Positions 31,180 to 37,091 of a stretch of 37,091 nucleotides of DNA are shown here, one piece after another. The DNA is from an uncultured Syntrophaceae bacterium (GTDB lineage: Bacteria; Desulfobacterota; Syntrophia; Syntrophales; UBA2210): positions 1 through 37,091 of the forward strand of contig CAZAST010000001.1 of the NCBI GenBank assembly GCA_964487805.1, written 5' to 3'. Position numbers and translations under genes: made by a program. Each line of letters begins with the position of its first letter. Position 1 is the stretch's first letter. The notes below the pieces were generated by a model. That model was not told the origin of the DNA. It saw only the letters and a list, made by a program, of their open reading frames with translations, and did no database searches.

Positions 31180-32739
31180 TTAGCGTTTTCTACGGATCAC
31201 CTTTCTCTTAACGACCTTCTTGCGGGGACGGGAGGGAGTGCCCGTGCTTCTCTGCGATGCCTGAGGCGACTCTCTGCTGGTATCGTGACCTGATGTATCG
31301 GATGGGTGTCGCTGCCAGTGAAAACAGGTCGCCCGCGGACACTTGAGGATCGTTTTTCCGCTGCCGTCCGTTGATTCCACCAGGAAGGGGCTGCCGCATT
31401 CCGGGCATACCAGATGGTATGGCTTTCCCCAGCTGATAAAGGTGCACTCTTTATCGGAACATACATAGTAACATTTGCCGGTGCTGGTTTTCTGGGTTTT
31501 GATCCGTCCGGTCCTGCATATCGGGCACTGCATGGCGAGGTCTTCTTCGAAGGCCGCGATTTTCCTCCCAACAATGTCTTCGTCCCTTTCAAGTTTCGGA
31601 AAGGACGCTGTTTCTTCTCGAATTTTTTCGTCTGAAACCTCCTCGCTTGCCTCAACCGGCTCTTCCTCCTCACCTTCTGATACGGGTGTTTCTTCTCTCT
31701 CCGGTGGAGAGGATTCGTCCTCGTGCTCGGTGATGAGATCGCCCTGAATCTCCTCGGACGATACCGATACGGAACTTTCGTCCGATGGGATCTCCGGTAC
31801 GATATCAAGGGGGAAGGGTTCATGATTCGCCGTCCCTGCGGATCCCGCAGGAGTTTCTCTTTTTTCCATCTCTCCGTGCACGACACCGATCGTCTCAGCA
31901 GGAGCTTTTTCCTGAATTTCCGAAAGACGATCTCCAGCCGTCGGTCTTTCTGCCGGTTGAACCCCCGCGGCCCCCTGTTGTATATCCTGACGTTCTGCAG
32001 GGGATGGGGCGATGGTTTCCGGTCGACTTGCCGGGGTCTTTCCCTTCACGGGTGCGGGTTTTTGATATGCGGCGATGAAGTCTGAACCTTTGATGACCTT
32101 GCTCCGGGAGGGGCGACGGATCTCCGTGAGTGATGCCAGAATCTCATGCTGCAGGGTTTTCTGTCTGCCGGGCCGGTGAGGGACGGATGTCTCCTTCTGG
32201 TTGTGCGGGCCCTGCTTTTTCTTGATGGGAACCCCGTGCATCTGTAAGGTCTGGTCGAAATGGTCTTCGGCGGTTGCAAGAGGCTTGCGCCCGGATTTCA
32301 CCTCTTCCATGGCCTGGGAAAGGTACGCGACGAGGTTGATCCCCGGCATGGTTGGAAAAATGCGGTCCAGGATCTGGGCCATCCTGACGGTATGTTCCTT
32401 GATGGAAATGCCGGAGTCGGGCTGAATCTCGAGGTATCCCCTTCCGACCATTGCCGGCATGGCCGTATTCATAACTTCATCAGCATCCAGGCACATCTCA
32501 GTCAGTTCATCGCAGAGTATCGCCCGGGTATATTGTCCTGACGGGGTAATTCCTCCCTGTTCATTCTTCACCTGTTCGGCAAAGAGGATAATGCATGCTA
32601 TGGCGTTGATGGTTATCGGTAACCCCTCGATACCGTATCGCGCTCCAAGCAGTCTTTGCACATGGCGGCCGAGTATTGTATCAAAACAGGTTTGAATACT
32701 CCCTTCGGCGGATCCATTCTCCCGGATGTTTGTTCCCAT
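31180..32739 (-). CDS. multidomain protein: unknown N-terminal domain, long disordered P/E/S-rich linker, two topoisomerase-type C4 zinc ribbons, basic tail
   Basis: 519 aa. The C-terminal region is CPICRTGRIKTQKTSTGKCYYVCSDKECTFISWGKPYHLVCPECGSPFLVESTDGSGKTILKCPRATC, two Cys4 ribbons of the TopA C-terminal/YrdD type. RPRKKVVKRKVIRRKR follows. AGGAAG lies upstream of the ATG. Confidence 0.75.
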   Translation of the reverse strand: MGTNIRENGSAEGSIQTCFDTILGRHVQRLLGARYGIEGLPITINAIACIILFAEQVKNEQGGITPSGQYTRAILCDELTEMCLDADEVMNTAMPAMVGRGYLEIQPDSGISIKEHTVRMAQILDRIFPTMPGINLVAYLSQAMEEVKSGRKPLATAEDHFDQTLQMHGVPIKKKQGPHNQKETSVPHRPGRQKTLQHEILASLTEIRRPSRSKVIKGSDFIAAYQKPAPVKGKTPASRPETIAPSPAERQDIQQGAAGVQPAERPTAGDRLSEIQEKAPAETIGVVHGEMEKRETPAGSAGTANHEPFPLDIVPEIPSDESSVSVSSEEIQGDLITEHEDESSPPEREETPVSEGEEEEPVEASEEVSDEKIREETASFPKLERDEDIVGRKIAAFEEDLAMQCPICRTGRIKTQKTSTGKCYYVCSDKECTFISWGKPYHLVCPECGSPFLVESTDGSGKTILKCPRATCFHWQRHPSDTSGHDTSRESPQASQRSTGTPSRPRKKVVKRKVIRRKR

Positions 32740-32812
32740 CAGATCTTCCTGTCTCCGGTTCCATCTTCAGCATGCGTGCCCCTTGTAGCAAAGGGTATCG
32801 CATGGCGGGGAT

Positions 32813-33235
32813 TTACCCTTCATCCTCCGCCTGTTCGACCGCATCATCAGCCGCAGGTGCCGCTTCAAGGTCTTTTTCCTTCGATTTCCTGTCGTCGGAT
32901 GTTTCGGTTTCGGCCTCGAAGACCTCCTCCCCCGTGTCCTCTTCACCGCTTTCTCCGTCTGTATCCGGATCATGATCGGATGAAAGGGAAAGGTAATTCC
33001 CCTCTCGATCGAGGAGAATGGAGAGGTTGACCTTCACGTCGAAATCCAGTTTGTATGCGATCTGGTTCTCATGAATGACGATATCGCCTTTCTTGTATTC
33101 CACGTCGTCGTCGATGCCCAATTTGTGTTTCTCCAGGAAGACATTGCCGATGGCCCCCCAATCCATATCGGCGGTTATGGCGTCGATCAGCTCGCTCTCT
33201 CCCCCTCTGATTACGCCAGGATCTGTTATTTTCAT
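32813..33235 (-). CDS. small protein (140 aa) with globular N-terminal domain and strongly acidic C-terminal tail, unknown family
   Basis: The ATG at 33235 is preceded by AAAGGAG. The ORF-track extension to 33484 is Arg/Cys-rich and not protein-like. The tail is DHDPDTDGESGEEDTGEEVFEAETETSDD...AEDEG. The gene lies 73 nt upstream of, and co-directional with, the zinc-ribbon gene. Confidence 0.65.
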   Translation of the reverse strand: MKITDPGVIRGGESELIDAITADMDWGAIGNVFLEKHKLGIDDDVEYKKGDIVIHENQIAYKLDFDVKVNLSILLDREGNYLSLSSDHDPDTDGESGEEDTGEEVFEAETETSDDRKSKEKDLEAAPAADDAVEQAEDEG

Positions 33236-33507
33236 GTAAGAACTCCTTTCTTCATATCTGCTTCGATACGGATAATGAAAACAGATCATGCCCCGCCACG
33301 GAAGCATGAACCGTCTCATCCGGTACCGGTGGATTCGTCCGACGAGCGTGGTATTCCCACTCCGCCCCTGTACATGAGCCTTGAGCAGCAAAACCCGTAC
33401 CAACTCAACCACTCCAGACTTCCCGCTGAGTAATCGGCAAAAAAAGGCCGTTTCACCAGTCCGCGTTCGAGATCCTGCCGACATGCACGACGCTGAAGGG
33501 AACGGAA

Positions 33508-33530
33508 ACCGGGGGAAATTTCCCCCCGGT
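33508..33530. repeat. near-perfect 23-nt palindrome ACCGGGGGAAATTTCCCCCCGGT inside the ORF-poor gap
   Basis: Read directly from the sequence. It forms an 11-bp inverted repeat with one extra C and has no flanking U-tract. Two further palindromes follow at 33562..33581 (GGATAATGAGCTCTTAATCC, 8 of 10 pairs) and 33647..33660 (GTCAAAATATTGAC). Confidence 0.6.
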
Positions 33531-34221
33531 AAGGGAAGTCGCCGGATATGAATGCCTTGAAGGATAATGAGCTCTTAATCCCTCCCCGGGGTGCGATGAA
33601 GCCGGACGGGGATATCGGGTGTGCCGGGGTATCAAAGACATAAATAGTCAAAATATTGACGTACCGGGTCCGCACCAGTCAATGATTGTTACACGATTGA
33701 GTGCGAATGTTTACCGATGTTTTCCCTGAATGATGTGTCCCTTCCCGGGTGTTCTCGACACGGCATATTTTTTGCCTCATCAGATGGGGACCATGGTACG
33801 GGGCACCTTGATGCCCCCCGATTCTGAAATTCCAGGGGGAGGTTGAAGTGGGACAGCGATTGCTTTTATTGTATTTCCTGAAGATCAAACGGAGAGCGAG
33901 TGGAGCGACCCACCCTGAAGCCTTTACCCTCGGAGTGCCTTTTCCAGGATGGGCAGGGCTTCCTTTTGCAGGATAAAATCCTCCGGGAAGCCGATTACAA
34001 CACTGGATCCATTGTGATGCCGGAAGACCGTGGTCACGCTGTCTCCTGCGGCATCAGCACGGGCTGCCGAGACTGGACGGTACGGGAGATGGGTATCCGC
34101 AGAGAGATCTGAAATTCGAGAGGATGTTACGCTGAGGAACGGGGTTACATGTCATCAATAAAGATTTCTAAAGAAGGACGAACGGATTCCCTGTTGTCGG
34201 AGAGATCGAGAGGATAGTTCG

Positions 34222-36099
34222 ATGGCCCTTGCGATAACCATTCAAGGCATTGATGAAGCCTTATCTCATTTTAACTTCCGGAATAAACCGGCGCTGAAAT
34301 ACCGTTTGATCTCTCTTATCAGGGACCATTACGAAGATGAGGAGTCTCTTGAGGCCCTAGAAGGCATCGATACGGATGAACTGATCAGGGTCTTGTGGAA
34401 TATACGGGATGACCTCGCGGCTGTCAGAAACAGGCGGAAAAACCTGAAGAGCGTCAAATCCGCCATCAATAACGAACTCAAAAGATTGTATGAGGAGGGG
34501 AAAAATCCTGAGGGAATCGTCATCGGGTCCGCGAACACCTTTGTCATGTCCGATGAGGCCAGACAGAGCGCCTTTGAGGCCTTTATACGGGAGCCGAAGG
34601 AGGGCGGCGCGGCCCTTCTGGGGCAGGTCAAGGATGTACTGAAGGTGTTGAATGAGGTGCTCGCGACCTCTCCGTACTTCGATAATGGAGAGGGGGGAGA
34701 GGATTCCGGGAAGCTGCAAGAGATAAAAGCTCTTATCCGCTCCCTTACCGATACGGCCGGGGTGGACGGGATGGGACTCCTGCGTTCCGAGGGAGGAGAT
34801 CCTCAGATGCAAACGGCGGACGGTGCGCGTGGGCTTCAGGGAGGGGATGCCGTCGGGAGCGCTGTCGGCGAAGTGATGGAAGCAGTCACGGATAACTCCG
34901 TTTCTGGTATTACGAGAGGTGGAGCGGAAGGGGAGCCCTCCGGTGTCGGTGATTCTCAGGAAGCAGTGGAGGAAATACCCTCCAACGAGGAAGTGGAAGA
35001 GCTCGATGAGCTGTTGGAGGAGGTTGATGAAGAAGCGGTGGAGGTGGCTCCCGAGGAGGACGTTGGGGAGGTCGACGGAGAGGCCGAGGAGATAGCTTAC
35101 GACGAGGAAATGGAAGAGGTCGCTGAACTGCTGGACGAGGTCGCTGAGGACGAGGTCGAGGAGCTGCTCGAAGAGATTGAGGAGGCAGGGGGTGATAATG
35201 AAACAGGATCGGCTGAAGGTATTTTGCTTGATATTCCTCCGGTCGGATCGGGGGGTGCGGTTGATGAACGGGAACAGGCCCGGATCTTGGCGGAACAGTT
35301 TAACGAATCGCTGGCCGCCATGGACAAATTCTACAATCAGTATCTCCTCATCCCCGAGGGCAACTACCCCATTGGCTCCGGTCTCTCGGCAGAAAGCGGA
35401 AATATGGAACGGATAGTACATCTGCCCTCGTTTTATATGGGGAAATATCCTGTCACGAACGTCCTCTTCGAGATCTTTATCGAGGAGACCGGGTACAAGA
35501 CAACGGCCGAGAAGGTGGGATACGGGACCGTTTTTCGTGGCCGGCACGTCGGGAAGAAGGTCAATGAAAAAGATATGGTGACGACCTTTTCCTGCAATTC
35601 CGCGCTCAGCGTCAAGGTAGTGCAAGGGGCGTGCTGGTACCAGCCGTTCGGTCCCGGCAGCACCCTGTACGGGAAGAGAGGTCACCCCGTTGTCCAGGTG
35701 AGCCTGGAGGATGCCATGGCTTTCGCGGCATGGACGGGGAAGAGGTTGCCCACGGAGGAGGAGTGGGAGGCCGCCTCCCGAACGTCGTCCGGCCATTCTT
35801 TCCCCTGGGGGGATGAATGGCGGGATAATAGTTGTAATATCGAGGAGAGCCTGATCGGCGATACTACGGTTGTCAACAAGTACGTTGACTTTGAGAACGA
35901 ATACAAAATCTCGGACACACTGGGAAATGTCCTCGAATGGACGGTGACCCGTTCGAAGGAACCCGATCAGGGGAAGGGCTTGTACATCACCAAGGGTGGA
36001 AGCTTTATATCCGGGAAGGGAATATGTCTGTTCGACCGTACCGTGCTTCAATCGCAGTATCACTCAAACATCCTGGGATTCAGGTGCGTTGCCTATTGA
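34222..36099 (+). CDS. FGE-sulfatase (SUMF1-like) domain protein with unknown N-terminal domain and acidic repeat linker
   Basis: 625 aa. The C-terminal ~250 aa carry FGE-sulfatase-domain hallmarks (YPVTNVLFEIFIEETGY, HPVVQVSLEDAMAFAAWTGKRLPTEEEWE, GNVLEWT, KGGSF, GFRCV). The central segment EEVEELDELLEEVDEE...EEMEEVAELLDEVAEDEVEELLEEIEE is an acidic repeat. GAGAGGA lies upstream of the ATG. Confidence 0.85.
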   Translation: MALAITIQGIDEALSHFNFRNKPALKYRLISLIRDHYEDEESLEALEGIDTDELIRVLWNIRDDLAAVRNRRKNLKSVKSAINNELKRLYEEGKNPEGIVIGSANTFVMSDEARQSAFEAFIREPKEGGAALLGQVKDVLKVLNEVLATSPYFDNGEGGEDSGKLQEIKALIRSLTDTAGVDGMGLLRSEGGDPQMQTADGARGLQGGDAVGSAVGEVMEAVTDNSVSGITRGGAEGEPSGVGDSQEAVEEIPSNEEVEELDELLEEVDEEAVEVAPEEDVGEVDGEAEEIAYDEEMEEVAELLDEVAEDEVEELLEEIEEAGGDNETGSAEGILLDIPPVGSGGAVDEREQARILAEQFNESLAAMDKFYNQYLLIPEGNYPIGSGLSAESGNMERIVHLPSFYMGKYPVTNVLFEIFIEETGYKTTAEKVGYGTVFRGRHVGKKVNEKDMVTTFSCNSALSVKVVQGACWYQPFGPGSTLYGKRGHPVVQVSLEDAMAFAAWTGKRLPTEEEWEAASRTSSGHSFPWGDEWRDNSCNIEESLIGDTTVVNKYVDFENEYKISDTLGNVLEWTVTRSKEPDQGKGLYITKGGSFISGKGICLFDRTVLQSQYHSNILGFRCVAY

Positions 36100-36327
36100 C
36101 CGATGGGCAATACTCCATCCCATGTCGTTACGCTTCCCGATCGATCCCCTGCCGTCAGGGATATCCGAAGGGGCGACATGTCCCGCATATCCATGCGCTC
36201 GCACTGTAAAGGGAGACCCCGCGCGACCCCTCCGGATGGAAAGAGGAAGCGTATCCCAGTTATTCATTGACAAAGGATACCGCTCATTGTACTTCTGTAT
36301 CCCATAAAAGAGGCGGTGCACGGTGCC

Positions 36328-36786
36328 ATGCATGAACGGTTCATCAGGATCGCGGCTACAGGTCTGGGAAGCGGTCTTTCGCCCCTCGTCCCCGGTACGG
36401 CGGGGACGCTGGTGGGCGTGTCTGTATACCTGATATTCAGCCGGCTTGTGTGGCCGGTTTATCTTATCTCTGCTGTGACCTTCGCGTTCTTTGCCGTGTA
36501 TGTGTCCCAGGAGGCGGAGCGGATATACGGTGCGAAAGATCCGTCCCGGATCGTTATCGACGAGATCGCGGGATTTCTGGTAACCATGTTTCTGGTTGCT
36601 CCGACCCTTTCTCATATCCTAATCGGGTTTTTCCTCTTCCGTGTCTTCGATATAGTCAAGCCTTTCCCCATCCGCCTCTGCGAGCGAAGGCTCCCCGGAG
36701 GGTATGGTGTCGTGGGGGATGACATTGTGGCGGGGGTGTACGCCAATATCGTACTGCTCCTGCTGATACGATTTCTGGGTTTTTAG
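36328..36786 (+). CDS. pgpA: phosphatidylglycerophosphatase A
   Basis: PgpA signatures are present: GLGSGLSPLVPGTAGTL, IVIDEIAGF and FRVFDIVKPFP. An alternative GTG start is at 36316. Confidence 0.88.
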   Translation: MHERFIRIAATGLGSGLSPLVPGTAGTLVGVSVYLIFSRLVWPVYLISAVTFAFFAVYVSQEAERIYGAKDPSRIVIDEIAGFLVTMFLVAPTLSHILIGFFLFRVFDIVKPFPIRLCERRLPGGYGVVGDDIVAGVYANIVLLLLIRFLGF

Positions 36787-36796
36787 GGGGAATGGA

Positions 36797-37091
36797 ATGA
36801 ATATCGGGCTCCTGGTGATCGGGAATGAACTGACGAGCGGCATGACGCAGGATACAAATTCCTCTTTTGCGGCGGGGGAACTGAATGCGCAGGGATGGCT
36901 CGTATCCGCCGTTATGGCTGTCGGCGACGATGCCGGAGCCGTCAAGGGGGGGCTTGACTACCTGCTGGGCGTCTCCGATGCCCTGATCGTCATGGGGGGG
37001 CTCGGTCCGACCGTGGATGATATAACGACCGCATGTATTGCCGGGGCGTTCGGTCTCACTCTTTACACCGATGAAACCGTCCTGGGACGGC
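36797..37091 (+). CDS. cinA: CinA-family (competence/damage-inducible, MoCF-binding domain) protein, 5' partial at window end
   Basis: Starts MNIGLLVIGNELTSGMTQDTNS and contains VMGGLGPTVDDIT, typical of the CinA N-terminal domain. It follows pgpA, as is common. The frame remains open at the window edge. Confidence 0.85.
   Translation, partial: MNIGLLVIGNELTSGMTQDTNSSFAAGELNAQGWLVSAVMAVGDDAGAVKGGLDYLLGVSDALIVMGGLGPTVDDITTACIAGAFGLTLYTDETVLGR

Noticed and set aside
33508-33530. The GC-rich palindrome considered as an intrinsic terminator.
   Set aside because: No U-tract follows on either strand, and no gene ends nearby.
33485-33545. GAAGGGAACGGAAACCGGGG...GGGAAGTCGCCGG resembles fragments of the cobalamin-riboswitch core.
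   Set aside because: No B12 box (GCCACTG / AGCCAGGAGACC-type) is present on either strand, and no cobalamin-related gene lies downstream.
33316-33888. Track ORFs of 119, 62 and 69 aa in the large gap.
   Set aside because: They lack an RBS, have strongly biased Arg/Pro/Ser/Cys composition, and overlap one another. I treat the region as non-coding (see findings).
33924-34151. Start-less 75-codon minus-strand frame ending ...DSVTTVFRHHNGSSVVIGFPEDFILQKEALPILEKALRG-TAA. It looks more protein-like than the rest of the gap.
   Set aside because: It has no ATG and only an internal GTG that would give 37 aa. There is no RBS and no recognisable family. It may be a C-terminal gene remnant, but I cannot support a call.
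34357-36063. 568-aa minus-strand ORF opposite the FGE-domain gene.
   Set aside because: Shadow ORF. The plus-strand frame contains the FGE-sulfatase-domain motifs.

Overview
This is a 37.1-kb, gene-dense, GC-rich chromosomal segment. The first ~430 nt are visibly more AT-rich. It reads as core housekeeping DNA, probably from an anaerobic Desulfobacterota/Syntrophia-like bacterium; that taxonomy is inference only. All family calls come from motif recognition in the supplied translations, because no database search was possible.

Gene order, left to right:
- Minus strand: a QueG/RdhA-like Fe-S protein, a DsrE-like protein, tRNA-Phe(GAA) with its terminator, and an RDD protein-rsmE-prmA operon.
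- Plus strand: sirC-like, ccsA/hemX-like and hemA.
- Then a cold-shock gene with a strong promoter and long leader, a lipoprotein, galE, polA, a crotonase-fold protein and a BaiN/HI0933-type flavoprotein.
- Minus strand: ppiD.
- The complete elongasome operon mreB-mreC-mreD-mrdA-rodA, followed by a bactofilin.
- An F-type ATP synthase operon, b-prime-b-delta-alpha-gamma-beta-epsilon, with no a, c or I genes.
- An ArsB/NhaD-type permease plus an unknown 193-aa protein.
- A poorly characterised neighbourhood: a small acidic-tail protein and an orphan zinc-ribbon protein on the minus strand, then a ~1-kb ORF-poor gap, then an FGE-sulfatase-domain protein with an acidic repeat.
- pgpA and the 5' part of cinA.

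I see no CRISPR array, transposase, integrase, phage gene or recognisable defence gene.

The most interesting signal is not in the ORF track. Directly downstream of ppiD, a signal-peptide plus heavy-metal-associated (MerP-like) reading frame is interrupted by one in-frame TGA. That TGA sits exactly at the second Cys position of the CxxC metal loop and is followed by a SECIS-like hairpin, so this is a candidate CxxU selenoprotein.

Secondary points:
- the ORF-poor, palindrome-rich gap and the acidic/zinc-ribbon/FGE-like gene neighbourhood around it;
- a Pol I whose 3'-5' exonuclease carboxylates are mostly substituted;
- the bactofilin appended to the elongasome operon.

Most of the window is ordinary.
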